Shown here piece by piece: positions 29,301-37,433 of a DNA stretch of 64,000 nucleotides. Position numbers and translations under genes: made by a program. The notes under the pieces are model-generated. The model ran no database searches, was not told where the DNA came from, and saw nothing but the letters and a program-made list of their open reading frames with translations. Position 1 is the stretch's first letter, and the number at the start of each line of letters is the position of its first letter. The stretch spans positions 1 through 64,000 of the IMG/VR virus record IMGVR_UViG_3300028584_000094. One strand, 5' to 3'. The stretch is from a virus.

Positions 29301-30636
29301 ATGTTGCAACATCAGCCATCTTAGCAAGTGTAACAACATTGTTTGCTATCGTCAGAGCTGTTGCTCCTGTAACATCACCTGTGTGGGTCGCATTTGTGAC
29401 TTTCGCAGTGTTCGCAAGCACCGATGCGTTATTCGTTATCGTGGTTTGAATATCGCTAATAGTAGAAGACAACTGTGTTCCGGTGTGGTTAGCACGGTCA
29501 CGATCAGTTGTGGAAGCACTCGTGACATCGCTCAATCGAGCGGCGTGAGCTGGGAGCGTTGGAGCAAGCGGTAACAACGCAGACACCATGACAGTATCAT
29601 TACCCTGCTTACCGAGATACACATCATCGCCAAGGTCACCAACATAAGTATCGCCTGTGAGATTTCCAATGTAAGTATTCCCACCAGCTGTTTTAAAGTA
29701 AGCATCCAGCGAAGTAATTGCACCAACACCGCCGTCGGTAATCGCGTACCACCCACTGTTCATCCATCCGGTTGCACTATCGCTTACATTTATAGATCCG
29801 AGAGCACCAGTTGATCCGGCGGATGTAGATGACACAATCGGTCTAAGTGGATCGGTGTTGTCAACCGTTACACCAGTTCCAGCAACGACTTCAGCAATCC
29901 CAACGGTTGACGTGAGTTGGCGCATTGTGATGTATGAATCAAGGTCCGCTTCATCTATTGCTTCAGTGGCAACAAGTTTTCCCTTGACGCCAAACTTGGT
30001 TGATCTAATCCCAGCTTCTTCTCGGAATAAGAAACCCGCTTTATCACTGTTCGTCCATTCGTTCGTAAGAATCTTAATGTTTCTCACAGAAGTTGATGAA
30101 GAACCAAGTTTCGACGAAACGGTCATACCGTCACCAGTCAGAGCAACTGATCGACTGTCACGCCCACCCGTTGATGATTGCATACCAAACCCGATACCCT
30201 CATACCGGTAACCAGACATGATAGGTACGTATTTAAAGTCAAACGCTTGAGATTTTGTCCCGATTGTATTCATAACGATTGATGTTGAATAATCATTGAA
30301 GATGAATCTCGCCCCGAGAGTCGTTTCGTCGGATGCGCTTGTTTTCAAGCGACCGAACAATTGAGAACCATCGTCGGTATCCATACCAACACCAAGTTTT
30401 TTACCGTTGGTGTTCGACACGAACGTGGTGCTACCAAACTCGTTCGAGTGGTATGTTTTCGCACCGCTGACATCATCAACAGATGCTTGAATTGCAGTCT
30501 TGTCCCACGCACCATCGACACGTCTAACCCAGAAATCATTCGCCGCATCGATGTCGAATCCGACCTCATACCTCATACCAAACTCTCTCAACCTCGCAAG
30601 AGTATCATTGATCATAATACCGTGTAGTTGTTTCAT
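26290..30636 (-). CDS. tail fiber/tailspike protein with internal repeats
   Basis: 1448 aa, T/S/G/N-rich. Three copies of a module ending (T)AGTG(D/N)(P/V)EDL...L(N/G)LTGTNSGDQT. The position after tail-tube-like genes fits a fiber. Confidence 0.7.
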   Translation of the reverse strand: MKQLHGIMINDTLARLREFGMRYEVGFDIDAANDFWVRRVDGAWDKTAIQASVDDVSGAKTYHSNEFGSTTFVSNTNGKKLGVGMDTDDGSQLFGRLKTSASDETTLGARFIFNDYSTSIVMNTIGTKSQAFDFKYVPIMSGYRYEGIGFGMQSSTGGRDSRSVALTGDGMTVSSKLGSSSTSVRNIKILTNEWTNSDKAGFLFREEAGIRSTKFGVKGKLVATEAIDEADLDSYITMRQLTSTVGIAEVVAGTGVTVDNTDPLRPIVSSTSAGSTGALGSINVSDSATGWMNSGWYAITDGGVGAITSLDAYFKTAGGNTYIGNLTGDTYVGDLGDDVYLGKQGNDTVMVSALLPLAPTLPAHAARLSDVTSASTTDRDRANHTGTQLSSTISDIQTTITNNASVLANTAKVTNATHTGDVTGATALTIANNVVTLAKMADVATSTVFYRKTASTGDPEVQTLATLKTDLGLTGTNSGDQTITLTGNVTGSGTGSFATTIATNAVDNSKLSQVATTTIKGRNTAGTGNVEDLSVSTVKTMLNLTGTNSGDQTSIVGITGTKAQFNTAVTDGDILYVGDVTTNATHTGDVTGATALTIANDVVSNAKLANMATATIKGRTTAGTGDPEDLTATQARTVIDVYSKTETTNITNNKQPYHGVYHDGTNYESDLIYDEVTGELYFSAPTTIYDQTGVKYTIPTTPMFDTTGLASGIYFVSMNSAGGISGSTTTWNQLIVSPIAIIVHKNGGISKAFDERHRHYRNAAATNAAHYSEGTILRTKPIIAGFTLNGTTDASNSYSLSSVVVQDEDISMNTRTKTEIQTLSQIQVDAVGDIAFVSTNAHGYNVGTTYPTKQVTTVGGGIAEIIPVINGTYFNMYLLAGTFLDESYRYFLASGYQQWNKPNASDTLALSNAISALVGNDCPVFKKLNLQEVNTFLKLTYFVKSSNTQIGKAQLVSVQEIIGNRQQNLSTTVPGTTPDLQLVTDTGATTTNVITTGGYIDTALTSGNVVIGGGATKLTSLSRSGIDTNAVNLTTDQSVAGVKTFSKMSVWQYTDSLGDRALNIRPDVAVGSNLPLGGINFWANNTMTVNRRSRVEAFTTSFGNQIGLRVITHNTEAAGDITALTITPAGALLDVMSTAAKTALADNAILANFGDVKSIGDIRYQPLATDLTNFSSWFDIVDISTTIKALQGNTTSTIFNGVGATILTSNHAKNGSIWNVRASAGYATDLTMPLTDANNGAIMYMYGTGIAGSGLDSSTAPKLYFRRDGSIRDTVSTETKLATSGFETTLTNFNDLNSLGLYNPTILTTGTSTLTFTNGFTYRIFGRLSLLADTNLLSFNNSIYFAKITESFSISTPSTPLVTTGSQDWTSNNLNCESGQYFVDISITYNTNNNMIQVQGTVTGINSTGRVSDRFWGDKKQGAGVMPTQVIIDVGSYTNSKLHIQRVQ
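28715..29400 (-). repeat. three tandem about 70-90-aa protein repeats inside the tail-fiber gene
   Basis: NATHTGDVTGATALTIAN(N/D)VV...AK(M/L)A...AT(S/A)T occurs twice almost verbatim (starts near 29397 and 28893), with a more divergent copy between them. Confidence 0.7.
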
Positions 30637-30887
30637 TAGTAGTCCTTCACAATAAATTGTATATCATCGTCAAAAGTTGTTTCACCATCGTCGAGGAAAA
30701 ACACAGCACCTATATCGGGAGCCGTTGAATTATCGACAAATTGCACCTGTATAACCTCAACCCCAGTTCTATATTCAACTGTGTCAGTTATCGTTGAAAA
30801 GTCACTCACAAACGGAGTTTCCGGCTCAACCACGAACTGAATGGTTTCAAAATTGTTGGTCGTTGCCGGATCGTACCAATCACTCAT
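30636..30887 (-). CDS. hypothetical acidic protein
   Basis: 83-aa ORF whose start and stop overlap its neighbours. Confidence 0.5.
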   Translation of the reverse strand: MSDWYDPATTNNFETIQFVVEPETPFVSDFSTITDTVEYRTGVEVIQVQFVDNSTAPDIGAVFFLDDGETTFDDDIQFIVKDY

Positions 30888-33496
30888 ACGCCACCCCCCC
30901 TATTGTATCCCCACAGCATAACCCCAATATCACCATCATAATCTATAACAAGGGTCGGGTAAAATGGGACGATAAAGGTGTCTCGAACTCTGTCTGCTGA
31001 AATGTCTTTTCCGTATTTTTCACCGTCGTAAATTCTTATAGCAGGTTCGTTGGTATAAACAAGTTCGACACCATCACCCGTGGAAACCACGTGGGAAACA
31101 GCGTTTACCCCAATTTGATCGGTCACTATCGTTGGGTCCGGGAACGTGAAGAACGATTCGTTGAACTTTGGGTCTCCTGCGTTATACGCCTGTTCTGTTC
31201 GCAACACGAAAGTCTTCTGATTCGTCTTGATGCTAACAGAAGATTTATTCCATGTTATCGATTGAATACCATCAACAATCGTATCATTACTTTGTCCAGA
31301 TCTATGATGATACCCGATCAATGATGGCAAATAAGTCGAACAATAATTAAACTCTCCGAAACCACGATCCGCTGTAAGAACGAAACCGGGAATAACACAC
31401 CCAATCGATGAGTCCGGCATTCTATCGAAGAACCGTGTCGTCAATGGGAAACTCTTGAATCGAGACTCCAACGTGAAATCCGACACGGTGTCGTTGAAAC
31501 TTCTTCCGTTTGGATTTAACGAACACGCTTGATCCGCTTTTACCTGTCTACCGAGAACTCTGGCAACACCAGAAACAACATCGACTATCAATGTTGACGA
31601 CCCATCGGACCAAAATAGAGTTTTACCAATATCACTTCCAGAGAACGTATACCCACCAACAACCCCATTGATGTCAACACTTCCAAGGAAAACGGTATCA
31701 GAACCTATAACGAGTGGTACCTTGTTGTACGTAGAACCAACCGATTGAGCATTAGATAGCACGTAATGCGGTTTTCCTGCGTCATACCCAATGTCGAGAA
31801 TTTCGTATTCTTCCCACGTGGTTTCTCGCAAAAACCCAACCATAGACCCAATGTCGTAAACATTCATAGCATACGAATCAATGAATAATTTTCCACCGGA
31901 AATATATCCAAGTAACGGTTTCACCATTGGAATATCCGCAACCCACGTGAATCTATTTCTATCATTCACCACGCGAGAAGCCGAAAGAGCACCACTAACA
32001 TCTTCTGCCGAAGAAACATCAAGTGTTCTGTACACGGTATAGTGAGTGAACGTGTCCGAAATCTGATCGCCATCTTTCGTGATGGACAATCCATTCACCA
32101 CGTTTCTGCGGTTATTTGTGAATGTTACCTGCTCCGGGGTGTCAAACCCAAATTCGGCATACACAGTGTTCGAATAAAGAGGATCACCATCAGCATCGGT
32201 AGGTATGACAGCGTCGTCACACTTTGTTATGAGTATCGACGACAACTCTGAATCATCCGATGAGAAGAAGAAAAAACGGACGTTATCATCACCATCAGAA
32301 GTAACACCAAACCGAAGATCCGAATTTTTCTGGTTTAACGCTGTTTGGGTAACGGTTATCACATCGTCAAATGTTTGACAGTATGTGTAGTCCACGAAAA
32401 TCGCGATACGCTTTGCAGAACCCGATGACGAAGTGGTCACGAGTGAGAATGCGTTCTTTCCGTAAACAGTTACCCAAAGTTCTGCCCCGGTTGTTTTCTC
32501 CGATTTAGAAGAACCGATGAACACACCAGCCCCCGTGGGGGGGATCATACCGTACACGATGGAGTAATCTTTGTCATACATGGTGTTTACAACCACAGGG
32601 CAAGTTTCCTGTTCAACGACAACACCAAGATCAGCCATGGTTCTATCACCAAAAACGGAACCGGTTAGTTTTGAAAATGTGACAATGTATCGGAAACCGT
32701 ATTCCCACATATTTGATCTGTTCACGTCAGTTATCATGTGTTCGGTCATTGGTGTTACATTATTCGTTTTCCAGAAATACATCGCACCGGGGACTTGGTT
32801 CGTGTTGATGCGAAATAGTCCGCCGGGATTGTTCAGAAGCAATACGTCACCGGATTTATCGAAAGTCGAAAAAGCGTCAACTGGCATGTCTCGACCAGTG
32901 CGGTACACTTCAAACCAATCGCTCATCACAGCGGTTCCACCACCAGTGTAATACACCGACGACACAAAAAGTTTTCGACCGATAAGGAGGAAAACATGTA
33001 TCTCAACACCACTGGTTTTTGTTGTTACGTGTGATGTGAATGACGCGTTTATTCTTCCTCGAATGCCTATTGTTTTATCTGTGAAATCTGGGATCGTATT
33101 TTCGATTTCAATAACTGCGTAAAGTCCAGTCAGTGGATCTAACGACGCAACATCAACACCCACAATACGAGCAGACTTGTTCACACCATCATCCCAATCA
33201 CAAAGAATGTAACCGATCTCCTGCTTGGTGATACCACCTGTAAGCGTCACGAGTGGACCAACTTTAGTTGCGTTCATTGAGAACTCAACGGGGAGTCGTC
33301 TATCTGAGAATAACTTCGATCCTTTTCGACCTTTTAAACAGTCGGTGTGAGCAGTTACGTTTTCAAGGTGAAACATACCACTCTCGGGGATTTCATTTGA
33401 GTCTCTAAACATACCCCCGCTAAACCGCTCACGAGAAAAACCGATTAAACGATCTTTCTCCTGCCGACCACGTGGGTTAAACACTTTTTGAGACAT
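30884..33496 (-). CDS. large tail protein (tail tubular B/nozzle-like, by size and position)
   Basis: 870 aa, directly after a 194-aa gene and before the fiber. This mirrors T7 gp11 (196 aa)/gp12 (794 aa). No sequence motif was recognised. Confidence 0.35.
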   Translation of the reverse strand: MSQKVFNPRGRQEKDRLIGFSRERFSGGMFRDSNEIPESGMFHLENVTAHTDCLKGRKGSKLFSDRRLPVEFSMNATKVGPLVTLTGGITKQEIGYILCDWDDGVNKSARIVGVDVASLDPLTGLYAVIEIENTIPDFTDKTIGIRGRINASFTSHVTTKTSGVEIHVFLLIGRKLFVSSVYYTGGGTAVMSDWFEVYRTGRDMPVDAFSTFDKSGDVLLLNNPGGLFRINTNQVPGAMYFWKTNNVTPMTEHMITDVNRSNMWEYGFRYIVTFSKLTGSVFGDRTMADLGVVVEQETCPVVVNTMYDKDYSIVYGMIPPTGAGVFIGSSKSEKTTGAELWVTVYGKNAFSLVTTSSSGSAKRIAIFVDYTYCQTFDDVITVTQTALNQKNSDLRFGVTSDGDDNVRFFFFSSDDSELSSILITKCDDAVIPTDADGDPLYSNTVYAEFGFDTPEQVTFTNNRRNVVNGLSITKDGDQISDTFTHYTVYRTLDVSSAEDVSGALSASRVVNDRNRFTWVADIPMVKPLLGYISGGKLFIDSYAMNVYDIGSMVGFLRETTWEEYEILDIGYDAGKPHYVLSNAQSVGSTYNKVPLVIGSDTVFLGSVDINGVVGGYTFSGSDIGKTLFWSDGSSTLIVDVVSGVARVLGRQVKADQACSLNPNGRSFNDTVSDFTLESRFKSFPLTTRFFDRMPDSSIGCVIPGFVLTADRGFGEFNYCSTYLPSLIGYHHRSGQSNDTIVDGIQSITWNKSSVSIKTNQKTFVLRTEQAYNAGDPKFNESFFTFPDPTIVTDQIGVNAVSHVVSTGDGVELVYTNEPAIRIYDGEKYGKDISADRVRDTFIVPFYPTLVIDYDGDIGVMLWGYNRGGGV

Positions 33497-33498
33497 TG

Positions 33499-34083
33499 TT
33501 ATCTCCCATGGTAATATGGTTTAGCTTCACCAGATAATGCTTTTGGTTTGAAGTTCTCATGTTCCCAAAATTTTGGGAGAAGAGTTCTTTCAAATTTTTC
33601 AAGAAGTTCTGATCGTCCGTATTCAGCTTGTTCCAAATACCCCTGCACTCCAACGAGAACCGTTGAAAAGTGGAATGATTCTGGGATTTCCATTTCGACC
33701 GATGGACTTTTTATTTCACGAGGTGCTTTATACGCTCGTATTGACAATGACCCACTTACCGTTGGAGGGATCATGATCTTAGCTTTTTCAGACGAACTAC
33801 CCTCAACGAATTGAGCTTCGTAAGTCACATCGTCACCGTACACCAAATCAGCCATGATAGCGTCTTCCGGGAAACCTTCGAGAACACTGAGGGTATAAAC
33901 GAAAACCCCATCCTGCGTTTGCAGGACAGGGTGTTTACCCGTCAACGGGTCAAAGATTTCTCGAGAACGCAACGGACGCGAGAGCATCCGACGCTGGACT
34001 TCATTTAGGTACATTAAAACGGTTGGAACTTGCCATTCTGAATGTTCCCGGCAAATATGGGAAACCAGTTCTAATGTTTTCAT
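33499..34083 (-). CDS. tail adaptor (tail tubular A-like, by size and position)
   Basis: 194 aa. Positional inference only. Confidence 0.3.
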   Translation of the reverse strand: MKTLELVSHICREHSEWQVPTVLMYLNEVQRRMLSRPLRSREIFDPLTGKHPVLQTQDGVFVYTLSVLEGFPEDAIMADLVYGDDVTYEAQFVEGSSSEKAKIMIPPTVSGSLSIRAYKAPREIKSPSVEMEIPESFHFSTVLVGVQGYLEQAEYGRSELLEKFERTLLPKFWEHENFKPKALSGEAKPYYHGR

Positions 34084-34097
34084 GGAACCCTCTCTAT

Positions 34098-34790
34098 TTA
34101 TTTACTTCTAGCTCTCCCAGTTTTTGGGGCGAATGCGTCAGCACCGGCACCAATGGGATCGCTAGATGGATCACTTTCTATTTCATTTTGCGTCACCGGC
34201 AATGGAGCGAAAACTTTTTTATCTTCAGCACCTAATTTTGCAAGAGCTGTTGACTGTTCAAGTCGTTCAGCACGTTCAACCGCTTCTGCGGCAATACGAC
34301 GAGCTTCGACGAGTTCGTTTTCAAGTTTCGTTGTTTTATCAAGAGCTTTTTTCTCACGATCTGACACAACGATACTTTCGTGCATTGCAACTCCCGGTTC
34401 AGTTCTCCAACCATTTCGAATCGCGATATTTTTAATCTTATCAATATACGATTTCGAACGAACAACGAACACCCCAGATGCAAGTGCTTCAGCGAGTCGA
34501 ACAAGATTGTTTTCAGTGGCGATAACGTATCCCCAACGAACCTTGTTTTCATCAGCGTAAAAATATGTAACGCCATCTTCAAACGACACCATCTCAGTAA
34601 TATCTTCGGTGACGATGTTTGAGTTCTGACGGTTTCTAACAACGACTGGAACTTCGAGACCTGTGAGTTCTGCATTCGCATACCCAGTTTGTCTCCATGC
34701 AAGTTTTATCACGTCAAGGTCTGCCAACTGAGCCATTTCATAAATACGCTCAACGTAAGCAGTACCACCAACAAGTTTTTCGATAATCAT
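34098..34790 (-). CDS. hypothetical head/neck protein
   Basis: 230-aa ORF immediately downstream of the capsid gene, with a helical A/E/R-rich C-terminus. Confidence 0.5.
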   Translation of the reverse strand: MIIEKLVGGTAYVERIYEMAQLADLDVIKLAWRQTGYANAELTGLEVPVVVRNRQNSNIVTEDITEMVSFEDGVTYFYADENKVRWGYVIATENNLVRLAEALASGVFVVRSKSYIDKIKNIAIRNGWRTEPGVAMHESIVVSDREKKALDKTTKLENELVEARRIAAEAVERAERLEQSTALAKLGAEDKKVFAPLPVTQNEIESDPSSDPIGAGADAFAPKTGRARSK

Positions 34791-34820
34791 ATAACCCTCT
34801 TTTAATCAAGATTTTTAAAT

Positions 34821-34840
34821 GGGGGCTGTTTCCAACCCCC
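34821..34840 (-). terminator. G-rich stem/GAAA-tetraloop hairpin downstream of the capsid gene
   Basis: - strand RNA GGGGGUUG-GAAA-CAGCCCCC followed by AUUUAAAAAU. Analogous in position to the terminator after the T7 capsid gene. Confidence 0.4.
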
Positions 34841-34855
34841 GTTTCACATCAGTTC

Positions 34856-36202
34856 TTACAGGATTGCAAGAGTGGAAGTGTTGGTGAAGAACAACGCGAT
34901 AGAACCGTTGTTTTCGATGTACGCTGGCATCTTCGATGTTGCGTCCTGTGTATCAGTGCGAGCAAACGCAAGCTGAACACCCCGTTCGGTAAACGCAGAG
35001 ATACCCGCGTATTTACCATACGATTTAACGTGTTTTTCGAAGTGGAGATCGCGAACTTTCCAGTCAAGGAAAGCCTGTGCACCAAGGAGCATACCAACAG
35101 ACCAACGCTTGTTGGTTGTTGCATCGTACACGCGACGGTTACGGTTATCTTCGTTACCTGGTTCAACGTAGTCAACAGTGTACGTCGCCGCACCCGTAAC
35201 TGTGAATACTGGATAGCGAGCGTCAGATACAAAGAGAAGTTCTTTATAACGACCGATAACACCCGGGAACTCCATCTCATCTTTGGTGAGAGAAGTTACA
35301 GAACTCCAAAGAGTTCCAAGGGTGCTCGTAAGTGAAGTGAGTTTCGCCATCTGGTTAGATGGGAGAACGATCACATACGAATCTTTACCACCGATAGAAA
35401 GTGGTACGATACGGAGAGTTGTCTGAGCATGGTCAATAAGAGCATCAAGGTATGGAACCGAGATGTTCGCATTAACACCGTTTGTACCAGTGTCAGCCGC
35501 ATCCATAGCCGAGATAAGCGCAGTCGCCATCGTGGTTTTGTTGTTGCTGTACGCAGGTTGTGAGAACGGATCAGTGTTCGCAACAAACAGGTTCGGGTTA
35601 AGGTGTTTTACGATACCGTTTACGTTGTCTTGAACAAGTTCACGGTTAAACACTTCGAGACCTGCTTCACGGAACTGACGACCAGTTACTTCATGGAAGA
35701 ATTTACCGAGTTGTGGAGTTGCTTCTTTGTACAGTCCGTAGAGACCATCCATGTTGTTGAAATCCACACCCCAAGAAGAAACGGTTACACCATGTGAGTA
35801 TTCGTTGTAAAACGCTTTGATGTTACGAATGCGCTGTCCAACTTCATACCCGTCCTGTTCCTGCAAACGACCTGCACGAGGCTGACCACGAACAGGGTCG
35901 AGGATTGTCATATTAAGAGTATTCGCACCAGCCACATGACTCATATTCATAGTGATTGCGTCTGGGAGAGTAAACTCGTCAGAGTTAGAGTTTTTGACAA
36001 CGTCACCCATAGATGCAACGTACACGTCAGAGAGAGTAGCTCTCAACTGAAGTTTTGTTTCAAGAGCGTCAAGTCTGTTTGACGCGATGTCCATCTGTGT
36101 ATCGGTATACGGACGAGCCGTTGTACCATCAACACCAACCATACCCGGAAAGTTAAATCCAGATGTAATAGTACTCGTACCCGGAGCTGTAATAGTAGAC
36201 AT
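34856..36202 (-). CDS. major capsid protein (positional call)
   Basis: 448 aa, follows portal and scaffold, and is followed by a stable hairpin. SD GGAATAATAAATG context. No homology search was possible. Confidence 0.55.
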   Translation of the reverse strand: MSTITAPGTSTITSGFNFPGMVGVDGTTARPYTDTQMDIASNRLDALETKLQLRATLSDVYVASMGDVVKNSNSDEFTLPDAITMNMSHVAGANTLNMTILDPVRGQPRAGRLQEQDGYEVGQRIRNIKAFYNEYSHGVTVSSWGVDFNNMDGLYGLYKEATPQLGKFFHEVTGRQFREAGLEVFNRELVQDNVNGIVKHLNPNLFVANTDPFSQPAYSNNKTTMATALISAMDAADTGTNGVNANISVPYLDALIDHAQTTLRIVPLSIGGKDSYVIVLPSNQMAKLTSLTSTLGTLWSSVTSLTKDEMEFPGVIGRYKELLFVSDARYPVFTVTGAATYTVDYVEPGNEDNRNRRVYDATTNKRWSVGMLLGAQAFLDWKVRDLHFEKHVKSYGKYAGISAFTERGVQLAFARTDTQDATSKMPAYIENNGSIALFFTNTSTLAIL

Positions 36203-36217
36203 TTATTATTCCTTTTT

Positions 36218-37411
36218 TTATACCCCTGCCTTGCGATACGCCGCTTCAAGACGCGCTTTGGCTTCGGGGTCAGTTGTATACTTTCGTGGGTTTGCACGAG
36301 CATCCGCGAAAATCTGCGACATCACAGCAGGAGACAATGCCTCTTCTGCTCCAATTGGCGCTAGTCTTTCGACTGGAATACCCTGCGATCTATTCTCAAT
36401 ATTCCCACGTTTTTCAGTGAGCTTGAGAATGTCTTCTCTACGCTGATCTGCAAGTAGTCGCTGTTTGTTCATCACGAAATACGCGGTTTCCAAATCTGCG
36501 AGTTTCTGCACCTCACCGTTGAGAGTTCGAACCGGTACATACTCACCCGTCGCAGGATTCAGCTTGTAGCCATCCATGTAATTAAACACGCGAATAGTTT
36601 CGTTCACAGCATCGAAATCATCCATAATTTTAACACCACTTGTTTCAAGTGATTTACGAACGGTTTCCGCTGTTGCCGGATCTGCCAAACGAGCAATAGT
36701 TCGGTTCACGCCTTTATCATCAAGCTGTAGCGAGTCCGCTATCTCCTTTTTGAACCGGGCGAGATCTTCTGATACTTCTTCGTAACCACGTGTTGGTTTC
36801 ACTTCTGGGTGGCGATCCCAAAAGCTAGTCATAGCATTTTTTAGTTCTGCTTCTTTACGAGTTCGAATGCGTTCATTTTCGATTTGCTGACGTTGAACAT
36901 CAGCTTCCTCCGCATATTTGATCGCTTTTTCAATGCGGGGATCTGTACCACCTTGGCTCAGACTTTTAATAATTTCAGAATGAAGACGCGCCTGTTCCTT
37001 CATATAATCATATTCGGAATCAAAATCATCAATCGAAAGTTTCTCAAGGGCTTCGACAAAGTCGTTCCCCGGATTAACGGTCGCCGGTGTAATTTTCCCG
37101 ATTTCTTCACGAAGGGTTCTTTCGTCTTCAAGCTGTTTAGCAAGTTCCTCATTTGCTTTTTTCAACGCTCGAATTTCTTCGAGAGACATATCACGTTCCT
37201 CTTCGATGATCTTGTCAATTGGTCTGACATCTTCACCAACAACAGGAATTGCACCCTGCTGAAACGCGATAGAGTCATCCTCTTCCAAGTTCATTTCGGA
37301 CGGATCAATAAATCCATAATCAGCGGCGCGGGAAATGATGTCCATTTCCTCTGCACCAATTTTAACGGCACTCTTAGCTCGTGCATACTCTTCAAGAGTT
37401 ACTCTGCTCAT
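36218..37411 (-). CDS. scaffolding protein (positional/compositional call)
   Basis: 397 aa, strongly acidic and helical (E/K/R/A-rich), between the portal and capsid genes. Confidence 0.5.
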   Translation of the reverse strand: MSRVTLEEYARAKSAVKIGAEEMDIISRAADYGFIDPSEMNLEEDDSIAFQQGAIPVVGEDVRPIDKIIEEERDMSLEEIRALKKANEELAKQLEDERTLREEIGKITPATVNPGNDFVEALEKLSIDDFDSEYDYMKEQARLHSEIIKSLSQGGTDPRIEKAIKYAEEADVQRQQIENERIRTRKEAELKNAMTSFWDRHPEVKPTRGYEEVSEDLARFKKEIADSLQLDDKGVNRTIARLADPATAETVRKSLETSGVKIMDDFDAVNETIRVFNYMDGYKLNPATGEYVPVRTLNGEVQKLADLETAYFVMNKQRLLADQRREDILKLTEKRGNIENRSQGIPVERLAPIGAEEALSPAVMSQIFADARANPRKYTTDPEAKARLEAAYRKAGV

Positions 37412-37433
37412 ACATTCTCCTCTGACTTAAACG

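Noticed and set aside
28715-29400. Tail-fiber repeats as template/variable repeats of a diversity-generating retroelement.
   Set aside because: No reverse transcriptase or accessory gene is in the window. The repeats are in-frame protein modules rather than a non-coding template copy with adenine-specific differences.
32183-32197. DADGD in the 870-aa tail protein as a possible DxDxD (two-barrel RNA polymerase) motif. The giant protein was scanned for the same motif.
   Set aside because: It is an isolated pentapeptide with none of the surrounding RNAP context. No DxDxD was found in the 2912-aa protein. I therefore do not claim a virion RNA polymerase.
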